From a virus: a DNA stretch of 64,000 bases. Numbering within the stretch: position 1 is the stretch's first letter; each line of letters starts with the position of its first letter. The position numbers were made by a program, and so were the translations under genes. This document shows positions 19,901 through 31,700 of this stretch, in pieces. Location of the stretch: the IMG/VR virus record IMGVR_UViG_3300028599_000003, one strand, 5' to 3'. The notes below the pieces were generated by a model that saw only the letters and a program-made list of their open reading frames with translations, made no database searches and was not told where the DNA came from.

Positions 19901-22712
19901 TTATCTTATCCATTGTTGCCAACAAGATGTCAGGAGAAGTAGCTAAATCCTTGGTTTGATATTCTGTATCACTTATATCTGCAGCTTTTTCCATTAAAAG
20001 CTCTAGATCTTTTTCAGTAAACAAACTGTCCTTCCCTCCAAAATCATTGCTTGATTTCAACCTAACCATTTCTTTCACATAATCTTTTAATGCAGTACCT
20101 ACTATTCCTCCTGTGTCAGTACCAGCACCACTAAGTAAATTAAATTGTTGTTGTAATGATAGGATTAGATTCTTTTGAGATTTGTTTAATCCTTTCAAAT
20201 CATTAAGTATAAACAAACCTTCAAATGTCTTCATATACTTATCAAAGTTCAATACATAAGAAACATACTCTGGGGAGTTTATATTTTTAGGATCATCAAT
20301 GTAATTTCTAAAATCTTTTACTTGTGATAATGCATCTAATAGTACTTCAGATAAAGCTGTGGATTGACCTTTCACACCTCCAGCCATAGCTAAATTTATA
20401 TATGCTATTGTTTTAGATATTTGATCAATCTCATTCTCTTTTGTTGATTCCATATATATATTGGACTTCAACATAGGAATCATATCTCTTTTTTCAATAA
20501 GAGCTTTTTGATATGTATCTAATAAACCTGCGGCTGCATTATATTCATCATAATTTTCTGCTGCATTTTTATCTGCTTCAGTAGTTTCATCTACTTGGTC
20601 TTTACCATTCCATATTTTATTATATGATCCTTCCTGTTCTTGTTCTAACTTACTTTTTTGATAAGAAGTTATTGCTTCTGGTACAAGTGCATCAACTAAA
20701 TTAAGGTTTTGGCTTATTGGATGAGGAACCCATCTATCAAAGTTTATTGAACCATCAAATACTTGATCAACTCCCGTGCCTTCTATACCTACTTTAAAAT
20801 GTATTGTAGATGCTGCCCATTCATCATAAGATACTTCGTACCCCATGTTTTCTGCCATTCTTCTATAAACATTTACCTGTAAATTATGCTGTTGTTCTGT
20901 AGAAAGTTCAGTAGATAACCCTTGCTGTTTTAAAACACTATCATTTTCTAAAGCATAGAATCTCTCTTTATACTGATTTCCTAAACGTTTTCCTTTTTTA
21001 TCATTAAGTGGAACCTCTTTACTCAGTTCATTCTTTGTAGTCTTAAGATCCATGATATTAACTCTACCATGTTGATCTATAATAAAGACATCTGCTGTAC
21101 CTGCCATCTTAGATGCTTCATCAAACAAAACAACTTGAGATAAAACAATTGCTCCTTTCATTTTTAGACTATCCATAATGCTACCTAAAGTATCATATGT
21201 GTCTTTGGCTGCCTCTTTAGATATATTATTTGTTTCTAATGCAGCATATGAATCTTCAAAAGAAAGATTTGCAATAACACCATCTAACAATGTATCTACT
21301 TCATTACCAATGTCTAAATTTATTTGATGGGCAATTTGTTTATCTTTTGAAAGCTTTCCTTTTATTGCTGTAGTTACTGATGTATATACTTTTTCAGAAT
21401 CATTAGAGTTTATATATGTATGGTCTTCTTTATTAAGTGTGACAATAGAATCTCCTTCAGCTGCATCCTTTACTGATGCTGAGAGAGAGTCAACTATACC
21501 TGAGTTCTCACTCTGTGCTACATTAAACAACTGCATTATAATAGGCTTCTGTGTATCATTAGCTCTTTCTAATGCATCTTTAATTTGTATTTCTTTAGCT
21601 GGAGATAAACTATATCTAAGTTTACCATCTACTCTTTTTTCTAATTTAAACTGTATACCTTCTGTATTAAGTAATTTAGCTACATCACTAAGTGTTGTAC
21701 CTGGCTTAATAGCTGATACCGGAAGTTCTCTTCCAGTAATGTATTTGTTTAAGTTTTCTATTACACCTTTAAACCATTCAATAACCTCTTTAACTTTTGC
21801 TAAGAAGCCTTTTGTTGGTGTAGTTTCATATTCTTTTTTGAAGTGTCTTGATAATGCTTGCGTTACAATTTCAAGATCTCTTTCAGTATCACTGAAATTT
21901 CTTGTACTGCTATTGTAAGCATCTTCAATTTGTGCGGTTAACTCAGGAAAATTCTTAACTGCTTCATCAAGTAGTGAATTAAACAGTTCTTCATTATCCA
22001 TCTTTATTGCATCTATAAAAGGATGCAGCATTTCTTCAATAGCTATTTCATCTGTAACTCTACCTTTTATTAGATAAGCTACACCATCCATATAAAAAGA
22101 ATTTACTTCATTGAAAGCAACATTGTTGGTTTTAGTTTTTGGTAATGATTCATACATTACTTTAGCTTGAGCAACAGACAACATTTTAACTTGTACCTGC
22201 GGAAACATTCTCTTAAGATGCATGACTACAGCTCTAGATCTGTTAGTATCCCAAGACCTTGATTTTTCTAGTATATCTCTGGCTGAAAATATATCATTAT
22301 TAGCTTCTATTCTATAACTCTTTGGTGTTCTTGTTACAGAGAAGGATTCTCTTGGTATATTATTAATGTCTAAATACCTGTAAAATCTTTTTAGATTACT
22401 TTCTAAAAAGGCTTCATCATATGATTGAGTATTAGGATTAGAATTATTAATTAAAAACTGACCAGCTAAATTACTTCCTATTCTTTCTCTTCTTAAATTG
22501 TCAAGAACACTTTCACCAAAAGCTTGAGTCTTTAGTGAAAATGCAATGTTTTGATCCCTAACCATTGTCTGAGCTTGGGCAACACTAGGAAACACATCAG
22601 AATCATTAACACGTTGCCAGTCATTAATAACTTTAGACGTTTTGATATCAGAACCATATTCATCCTTTAATGCTTGGTATCCCGGATCATTTCTATTATA
22701 ACATTTAGCCAT
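16929..22712 (-). CDS. giant ejection/cargo protein with degenerate zincin and PD-(D/E)XK nuclease domains (1927 aa)
   Basis: EEMLHPF at 22023-22037 (HExxH-like); YTSVTT...GTAD...MDLKT...LQVNVY at about 20850-21400; lies directly downstream of the RNAP gene, as in crAss-like phages. Confidence 0.75.
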   Translation of the reverse strand: MAKCYNRNDPGYQALKDEYGSDIKTSKVINDWQRVNDSDVFPSVAQAQTMVRDQNIAFSLKTQAFGESVLDNLRRERIGSNLAGQFLINNSNPNTQSYDEAFLESNLKRFYRYLDINNIPRESFSVTRTPKSYRIEANNDIFSARDILEKSRSWDTNRSRAVVMHLKRMFPQVQVKMLSVAQAKVMYESLPKTKTNNVAFNEVNSFYMDGVAYLIKGRVTDEIAIEEMLHPFIDAIKMDNEELFNSLLDEAVKNFPELTAQIEDAYNSSTRNFSDTERDLEIVTQALSRHFKKEYETTPTKGFLAKVKEVIEWFKGVIENLNKYITGRELPVSAIKPGTTLSDVAKLLNTEGIQFKLEKRVDGKLRYSLSPAKEIQIKDALERANDTQKPIIMQLFNVAQSENSGIVDSLSASVKDAAEGDSIVTLNKEDHTYINSNDSEKVYTSVTTAIKGKLSKDKQIAHQINLDIGNEVDTLLDGVIANLSFEDSYAALETNNISKEAAKDTYDTLGSIMDSLKMKGAIVLSQVVLFDEASKMAGTADVFIIDQHGRVNIMDLKTTKNELSKEVPLNDKKGKRLGNQYKERFYALENDSVLKQQGLSTELSTEQQHNLQVNVYRRMAENMGYEVSYDEWAASTIHFKVGIEGTGVDQVFDGSINFDRWVPHPISQNLNLVDALVPEAITSYQKSKLEQEQEGSYNKIWNGKDQVDETTEADKNAAENYDEYNAAAGLLDTYQKALIEKRDMIPMLKSNIYMESTKENEIDQISKTIAYINLAMAGGVKGQSTALSEVLLDALSQVKDFRNYIDDPKNINSPEYVSYVLNFDKYMKTFEGLFILNDLKGLNKSQKNLILSLQQQFNLLSGAGTDTGGIVGTALKDYVKEMVRLKSSNDFGGKDSLFTEKDLELLMEKAADISDTEYQTKDLATSPDILLATMDKIRKAQNQKLLDLVAQRETVIRAAGQKLAKLSPELKLDKLYDFMLEFDADGTFNGRYVTKVGEQYWAIQNSLRSELYDNEGTPYQYRPVYDLEKASAEDIEYNKDLAAKKKAYGDFYMAEEKRDDGSLRPSGQYHKYTQKFIDIRNQYEVWRPGAESNTRGSWEKKKNVSDGEYAAYVARYYEPIEYTRAVRVKGVATGQIIEDRQDMMVPKVEFREILLTTLDGRNMANPKYDAIMSGTDAKSVAQREFYNLYVDMYEKDLLKKIPIGQASNMLGRVPLVQNKLMSEVKDNGTLFTKLYASMSESRAWNMFQQTSTQKNVILDNEGYIIDQMPIYYTGRPKLDSDMADLQKEIDLLQSKYKKNEIQDQRYKKEIAVLNGKMVRLRATPSRGQVSTDMASSLLKFSAMAQNYETMGAVDDTLKAFVKVIEQRTYTPAPGMRLNLTAKIKDKVVENLGTKANTSTQEKNVVRRAKKFMSMIHYDNENITKGTVDKIADGLIQLSSLSYVAFNPFGNFNNYLIGRINNNIESIGGRFYSQKSFKRATWEFNKRAIPGLVQRTAHGGAEDLLDVVTLGIIPGLAKADYNKKMPNSKYEGFVDMFRMMDSMSDIREQSRATDDGKSWFDRATEWGYIMQDAAEYNSQTKVGMAILMDTMLKNSKTGEQLSFYDAFEYDATTHGNKIKEGFDTVIRRNGQESTYTDEVRYEIRNEIREVNKQIHGNYAKEDRIVLQSHTLGALAIQFKKWLAPAIRARYQREYFDQNLGWMEGRYRSALSFLNFARKELAQGNMNFRTMGKEYLDQQVQEYTTQKFGEQGARDYGQGGNIDQRAKNRLFGFYRSMGDLGIMFSVMFISLLFDDILSGDDDDSDTEKRFKNLTRYQADRVYKELVLFMPSFAGFEQVEQMFNSPIAASRSVSEMSEFFEMLFIGGFKHSMAKVTGNEEAFYANSNYVYQRGNRKGELKLYKNFKDVFPIVYSIQKWDSYLKNADFYIK

Positions 22713-22727
22713 TTGATTATTCTTTAA

Positions 22728-25700
22728 TTATATAAGACATTTAAGTCTTTCAATTATATCTTGTTCTCCTTGTTCTGTTTGTGAAAATAAATCACCATAT
22801 AAAGCTATTGCATCGTCAAGTGTTTTTATATTTTCTCCAGAAAGCTTTTCTAAAGCAACACTATTACCTTCTACATTTGCATCCCACCATTCTACTAAGC
22901 TTGAAGCTTCTGAAATTTCTTCTGAAGCAAAAAGATCAAGTTCTAATTGTTCTTGTTCTTGTTGCTCAAGTTCAGTGGCTTCCGGAATGCTCATATCGGT
23001 GTCTTCTATAATAGCATTACCCGTTTCATCAAAGATAAGACTATCTGAGTTCTTAGACAACTCAGCCATTATTTGTGCCATGTCAGCTATATTTGTTTCT
23101 GGTGCATCTACATCCGCTTTAACTGTTACAGAGTCTGTAGTTTGATTTACTATTGCTGACTCAGAGTTCAGTACTTCATTAACGTCTTGTATAGCACCTT
23201 GATTAGTGTCAACTGGATACTCAACAAGTGGAGCAAATTCATCTGGTGAAAGTTCAGTATCTAAAATTGGATCTGCTGCTCTTTCTTCAGGTAAACTATT
23301 TTGTGTAGTCCCTCTTCCAACTTTTCTTGCTTGCTCATAAGTTAATCTTGGTCCTCCAACAAACCCACCACCAAACTGCTGGTTAGATCCCATTGATGAG
23401 ACCTGAGAGTATTCAGTAACTTTAGAGCTAGCGTCATCTTTTGCAAGCAGTCTAAACAATTTATAAGTATCTTTACCTTGTATTTCTGTTTTGACTCTTA
23501 CAAATTCTTTTGCATTCACATGATCAAAACTTTCAGTTGTAATAGTAAGTGTATTAGGTGTAGAAATAGGATCAAATTTAACACCATCATCTAAATTACT
23601 AGCTTCATACGTGCGGAGCAATGGACCAACAATATTAGATTGTAAGTATCCATATTTAAATTCTTTCATTACATCTTCCTTAGATATACCAAAGACACTT
23701 TCAAATTCTACTTGTCCTTTAAGTGCACTCTCTACAGCACCAACATTCTTAAGATATTTATTCATGATAAAAGGACTCATTGCACTCATAAGACTTCCGT
23801 ACTTAAGTTGCAATCCATCTTTAACCATCATGTAGTGTAGAATATCTTCTGCTACTGCCCTTGTGTCAAGTGAACCATATAGTTTTGCAAATGATGTTTG
23901 CAAATCAATTTTATTAGCTTTATTTAATCTTCTCCATGTATCTGCCTTTACAATATTTAACCCTGTATTATTACCATCAGTCCCAGCATACTGTGTACCT
24001 ATAAAATTATCTAAGAAATAATTAGGTTCTGCACCTTCTTTGGCTCTTTTAAATTGTAAGTCCTCAATTGTTTTTATCAATGATAAGTTTGTGACACCTA
24101 CAACATTTGGATAGAGCAAAGTATTCTCTACAGAAGAATTACCAGAACTATTATTAAGAAGATGTTGATATGACTTTATTGTTAAGTAAGATAACAAGTC
24201 TTGTTCAACACCATTTTTTGTTTTATTATCAAACCCTTTAGAGTCAGTATTCATTTCTTTATAAGTAGGCTTCAAAATATCATTGAAGTCTTGACTCATA
24301 GTTAGAATAGTGTTAGGTAAAAGATCATTATGTATTTGACCAAATATCTGCAAGTACTTACTTTGCCAAGTCTTACTACTCTTTCCATATATAGGTCTAA
24401 CATCCATAGGTGCATCTTTATCAAACAAAGAAGTGATGGTTTCAATATCATCTTTCATCTCTGGTATAGAGCTTGGTAAACCTTGTGTAAGACTTGTTAT
24501 TTTATTTATCTTAACTGTAAAATCTGCAACCTTATTAAATCTATCAAGTAAAAATAATATTTGCAGTCTTTCATTAGGTGTTAAATCTTCTGTACTGTCT
24601 ACTGCTGATTCTAAAAATTCATCAGTTAGTTTTACAAATGGAGCTTTATTACCGGTCTTTTCTTTTTGTTTTTGAGCTAATGCAGCTACTGCGTTTATAC
24701 GGTTTGCTAATAATTTATTAAAGCCAGCATCAAATTGATCATCTTTGTTTAATGCTTGATCATAAAGATCTCTTACTTCAGCTGAATTTATTAAAAGAAT
24801 TGCGGTTCTTAAAGGAACCCCTAAAGATACCATATTACCAACAAGCCCAACAGCTTTTATATTAAGACCAAATTTTGCTATTAAACGTTCTTTTGCATTA
24901 TCAGTCTCCATTGTAACTAGAGTAGAAATAATATCTTGTATTCTATCTCCGTTTATTTTGTCCTTAGTAAAGCCATCATATGTATTACCATTAAATTTAA
25001 TAGGTCTATCTAATTTAATATTATACTCACGTAGTAAACTCAATGCTAAATTAGGCTTAACAATAGCTCCAATTGCAGCACCTTTATTTGCTTCAAAAGC
25101 TTTTATCATACCATGAAGTGTGTCAATATCTACATCAGAATCCTTTCTACTTGCAAATAATTCCACACCCTCAAGGTTAGAAAGCTCATTAAATAATTCT
25201 TCTAGCATTTTTAAGTCAGCTGCTTGATAAGCTACAGGTAAATCTGACTTGCGTTCTCCGTTATCTTGATCAATAGACTTTAATGATTCACCAGTTACAC
25301 CAGTATTACCAGCTAGAGTATATCTATAGTCTAAAATATTATTGTTTAATACTGCTTCGTTTGGTGACCCGTGTTTTTTAACGTATGATTTGAATTGTGC
25401 CTGAGTAACAGGTAAACCCAATATCAACATTGCTCTAAGAGCTTCTTCATTAATCCTATTTACACCTTGATCATCAGTAACCCTAGTCTGTTCTGCGGCA
25501 CTTAAAGCGTTATCTCTTCTTATGGCAAGTGTTTTATCTTTATATAATGAAGATGCTGTACTAAATATGTTATTTGGTTCAGATGATTTTAAGTTCATGT
25601 ATTTCACATACTCAAAATAACTATTCCCGTCTCCGTAAGCTTTAAAGTTTTTATTACTATCTAAGTAGTATTCTTTCATTAATGCATAAACCTTATCAAT

Positions 25701-28700
25701 ATCAAAATCTGCTCCTGATATTTCTACAAGTTCTTTAGGAAATATAGCTGTAGAACCATAATACACAGGCATAAAATCAACAATTCTAATATTTACAGCA
25801 GAGTGTTTATCTTGTGTAGGTATACGTACTCCAAACATTTTGGCTATCACATCTGGTATAAGAGCATCCTTATTTTCTTGAATAAGTTCCATTACATCTC
25901 TAGACATAGGAGGCATAATAGTTTCACTATATCTTACTCCTGTTGGCTCACCATTTTTAACATCATTGTTTTTATATTCCATCACCCCAGTTCTAAGTAC
26001 ATCTAGAACAAGAACTCCGTCATGCTTACCATCAACAAGGTTATTTATATCTTCTAGGCTTTCTCCAGCATAAGAACTTTCTCTTACTACTTCAGACCTA
26101 CTTGGCATACCATTTTCCATTTCATAGACACGTCTATAAATTTTATGACCAAATGAAGATAATAAAGCAACTGATGTTCCAGGCACCTTTTCTCTTATTG
26201 TACCTTTACTGAAGTATGTTAAGAACATTTGTTCAAACTTCTTAGCTGTAATTGGACTATTTAAATTATACTTTTGAACTCCATCTTCAACAGCAAAAAA
26301 TTCAAGTAAGTTTGATGCTGCTCCTGATGCCATCAATCCTTTTTGTGCTTCTAATAAAAATGCAGCAAGGTTAGGCGTTATGGCACCTTTTTGTTTAGAT
26401 ATTTCAAACTCATCAAGAGCTGTGTCAAAACTAAATATTAAGTTCCTTTTATTCTTATACTTTAGGATTACCCTTTGTCCAACTGCATTATTGTATGCGT
26501 CTCTGACATCACCAACTGTTTTAAGTTCAGGGCTTCCTTCTATAAATATTTCTGTAGAACCATCTTGTTCACCAGTTATAAGCTCTTTGATCTGATTCAT
26601 ATCAGTTACTATAAGCTTATTAGATGGGTTAACAACCTGAAGACCTAGATATGAAGTATCTAAATTTATAGATGTTAAATTTTGTGTTGTATCAAATACA
26701 CCTGACTCAAGTGGGTTTATACCTTGCTTCAACATTTTTATTGCTGAAACTGGTGCCGCCATAGCAAAGTTTTGATTTGCTTCTTCATTAGCTTCCATTT
26801 GTTCACGCAAATAATGAAGCTGCTGCATATTAGGTTTGGCTTCCCATATACCGGTTTCTTTATTTCTATTAGATGTATACTCTTTAGTTAATACAGTAAC
26901 AGACATTTTTAAAGCTGTCTTACCATCCATGTATACAAACTTCTTAGAGTTTATAAAGTCTTGTTTTTTTGCTAAATTAATTGAGTCATTTTGAGATCCC
27001 CATGCTCTGTCTGCATTAATGGTTTGACCCATATCAATATCATTTAACATGCTTGCCATTGCAGGACTTAACCTTCCAAATGCAAATGTTGAATAGCGTA
27101 TACCTTTAGAAGTAATATAAACTTGTGCATCAGCTAAATCAATATCATTTCCTGTAAAATCAGACTTTGCTGTTGGATCCTGGAATGGATACAAATCAAA
27201 GTTAGTACTAGCATGTGTTATCCCTTTACTTGGATCAGTGACTTGGCTATATGCACTATAGTATGCTGCATTTTGTAGCTTGGCTCTTTTAACCTTATCA
27301 ACCATATCTTTTAAAGAAACAGCTTGGTCACCAAGTAATAAATCATTTATTGACTTAGAGTTAATATAATTATTAAAAAATATTTGCTTTAAGTTATATG
27401 CAGCATCATCAGTAAGATTTAGTTTAAGTTGTGATAATTCAACAGCAGATCTTGAAACACCTGATGCAATAGTCAACCCTTGTAATACTTGAGTAGATAA
27501 ATTATCTTTTGCTTTCAAAGATGTAATTACATCATTAAAGTCTTTGAAACTATCTTCTAAGCTACTATTAACTTCAGATCTTATAGATGAATTAGTTACT
27601 CCAACAGCCAATGAAACAGCTTGTTTAAATGAAACAGTTTCACCCAGTTTAGCTTTGTCTAAAACTACTTTTAGCAATGCTTGCTTAGTTGTTTCAGAAA
27701 GTAGTAGACCGTTATTAGTAAATTTAAAAGCTCTTCCTTTATCAGCCCTATCACTTTTTTCATTATTAAACCCTTCAATATTACCCGGCTCAGTTTCAAA
27801 TGCTAATGTTTCTCTGCTTATTCTATCAAACTCAGCTTCTATGCTATCTATAAATACATTTATAGCTTGAGGCGTAAGAACAACATTACCATTAACGTTT
27901 GTCACTGCTTTTATTACAGGTAAAGGAACAAGGTCTCCTGTATTTGCTGCTTCCATTACTCTTAAAAATACTGGAGCTATAGCAATTTCTTGTGCTCCTT
28001 GACCAATTACAGTTTCAACCTTACCTGTTCTTCTGTTAAAGTTTGATACATAATTATTTATTAGGGCTATTGCAAACTCTTGTGGGGTAAATTCCCCAAA
28101 GCTTTGAGTTGATTTATTCTTTGATACAGATTCATTTAATATATCTTCACTTGCTTGATCAGCTGCACTATTAGAAATCTGCTCTTTAATTTTACTACCA
28201 GCAACTCTTATTACCTTAAGTCTATTTGTATTAGATAGATTTAAAAAAGCTTCATTTTTAAGCAAATAATTATTTGATAAAAACTCATCATTGCTTAACT
28301 CATCAATTTTTGATTTGTTATTTAATGCAGCAACACTCTTTAAATGATATGTAGGCAATTGATGTGCATATACTATATCACCATTTGGATTTATAAATGT
28401 AGATGAACCAATAGATTCATCAAATGCAGCATTAGAAAGACTTAATTTAGTAAGTCTTGATGCCATACCATCTTCTTTAGTAGAGAACAGATCAGCTTTT
28501 TTATTCAACCCATCATATAGTTGATCTAGCAAACTGTTTGTAATGCCATCCTCTGTATATCCATCAGCTAATGCTTTTAGCTCAGGGCTATTTTTTAAAT
28601 CTTCTTCAGTTTTACTTTTAGCAATACTATAAGCAATATAATTAGGACTTAATCTAATACCTATTAGGTCAAACATCTTTTGAGAAAACTCTCTTGACAT

Positions 28701-31700
28701 TTGATATACCATAGATGTATCTTCTGGATATGATGTCATAGCTTCCTTCATATCCTTTGTTAATCTTAGAAAGTCTTTTACTCTGTTTGGATTAGCTGTA
28801 GCAAGTTTCTTTTTTGTTATGTATGCTTGGGCCCATTCATCTAGTTGAGCATTAATATCATCACGCTCAGAGGCAGTATATATTAATAAGTTTCCATTTG
28901 AATCTCTCTCATTAAATATATAATCAACCTTATAGTTTTCAAACCCTTTTAATATTGATATCAGTAAAGAACCATCTTTAACATCTCTGAAAGGTTCAGT
29001 AGAAGTTAATGCTTCTATTGTTAAACCAGTATCATTAAATAATTTATCTACAACTGCTTTACCTTGTGGGTTTAATCTAGAATATGAATACATTCTTTTA
29101 AGCATAACCACAGGATCACTTTCATTTGAAACTGATTTTAATATAGTAGTGTATGCCTCTAGAAACTTAACCGGTACTATTAAAGGTTCTCCCTCCGTTA
29201 ACTCTGTCTTTCCAAAAAAGTCAGTGTCAACCATAGTTGTAGTTGCTATATAAGATCTAACTTTATATGACAAAGAATTAAAACCACCTATCTCAGCTGC
29301 GTCTTTATTAAAATCACTTGTACTTCTTACACCTGATGTTTCCTCAACGTTTTCTATTTTTAATTGATTAGCCTGATCCATATCAGAAATAACATTAACC
29401 AAACCAAAAACTTCTTTTTTAATATCTTCTGGGTAATTAATAAATGCCATATCTATCTGTTCAAGATATAGTTTTTTGGCACCAGAAAACCCTTTATTAG
29501 CTTCTCCTTCCGGATCAAGCATTGTCATAAAGTCTGCTTCTAATTCATTATATATTTCAGTAGGGTTATATGACTTTTCAGTTAATGAAAGTTCATTTAC
29601 TCTTGTTATAAACATACCCGCCATTGATCTAATCAAAGGGTCTATTACATCTGAGTCAACATATAATTCACCTGATGGCTCACCTGCATCAACTACTTTA
29701 GAAGCTGTATCATATCTCACTAATGCATTAGCAATACTTAATGACCCACCTAATGAGTCTTCTAATTGAGTAAATTCATTAAGTTGTACAGGTGCATTTT
29801 TAAATTTACCAGCATCTATGTTTTCATATAATGTAAGTAACTCTACAGAAGAGTACTTAGAGAAAACACCTTTAATCCATTCTATTAACTTAGTAAAGAA
29901 TGATTTTATCTCAGTATTAGTTTTAGAAGATCTTGGGTTCTTTTTAAATGCCTCAAACTCATCCGCTAAATATTCTTCAGCAAATTCATTTTCTAATTCA
30001 ACATCAGTCATTTCCTGATATTGCTCAGCTGAATTTCTAAATCTTTGTAATTCACTCTTATATTTAGATCCGTACTTTGCTTTTACTTCTGCTTTTGCAA
30101 TGCTTCTATATTTATTAATTTGTTCTTGGGTAAGAACAGTTCTAAAAATACTGTGAAACGCTTCATGATACTTGTATGGGCTAAGTGGACTTGTATATAT
30201 AATACCGCTTACATCTACACCATTAGCTATCCTATCTAAATTCAAAACAAATGCACCTACTCTTTCATATCCGTTAGAAACACCATTATCAGCAAGAACT
30301 ATTAAATCCTCTACACCAATTATATCCGGCAGGTTTTCACTTGCCCAATCTAAAAATTCATTATAGTCTTCTACACGTTCAGTCTCTGATGTAGCTTGTA
30401 CTAATTTGTTAGCACCACGCTCTAATTTTTTTCTTTTAGCTAATAGATCTTGATACTCTTTACTTCCTCTAATAGCTTTTACTTTATCTTTTTTAGTAGT
30501 TAGACCTTCTTCTAACTTTTCTTTTAGAGCTATTAGTTCATCTTTAATAGTTTCAAGTTTTGTTTTTCCTGTAGGCTTTTCAATAGCCAATGCACCAGGT
30601 CCTCCTTGAACTGCAACAGCATAAGTAACTGATTGACGGAAGACATCATTTTTCATTAACTCTTGTTCACGTGGACTTAGCTCAATACCTCTCAGTATTG
30701 CATTTACAATATGATCAAGATTTTTTTGATAGTCTCCAAAGTTATTACTATCAACTCTGTCAACCATTTCTTCAAATTCAGCATCTTCCATATCAGATAC
30801 AGACTCATCAGCTTCTTCAGCTGTAGGTCTTTCTCTACCCATTGCTGATTTCAACTCTATCTCATCACTTCTAGTTGCATTAGGTATGTACGCTATATCA
30901 CGTGATAGTTGTATAGCATCTGACTCAGCTGAAACTTCTATTGTTTGATTTTGTACTACTTCTGGTAATACCTCTGTAGTACTATTATCATATATTTCTT
31001 GAGGTGCAACACCTTGAGCAAAAGACTTTCTGAAGTTTTTATTTTTTAAATCTGCACTTAATTTTTCTACAGCCGGATCAGTATTATAATTTGTAAGTAA
31101 AGTTTGAATTACATCTTTAGCTGATAGATCTTTTGCATTAACTTCTTCAGGCTTTAAACCAACGTTCATGCTTGTTTTACTGCCTTTATTATCTAAAGAA
31201 ATAAAGATAGACCCATCAGGACCCACATTAAGTTCAATCAAGTTACCAGGTCTGCTACTTAAAAATAATCTTTCTGATAATTCTTGATTATACTTTGCAG
31301 CTTCCTCCATGCTTTTTTCTGAATCCTTAATAGCACCTATTCTTTTAGCTGCCTCAACTACATCTACATATAGTTCTTCTAATTCAGTATTAGTATATTC
31401 AACCGGTTTTAAATTTACTTTTGCATATGTTCCATTTGGCAATCTTACCATAGCAAGATATCTATCTGTGCCTTTACCAGCATCCAATAGATTATCCCAT
31501 TGATTTTGTTTTTTTAATTGTGTTTCAATTGCATCTTCCAAAGCATCTCTTTCTTTACCTTTTAAATTTGTAGTAAAGTCATAAGTTCTTTCACCAGTTT
31601 CTTTATCATATTTTAAATCAAAAATAAATAAGTTACCCGCTTCATCTGCAGTATCATATAACAACGCATCCATTGGTAGAGGATATACTCTTTCTCTTGC

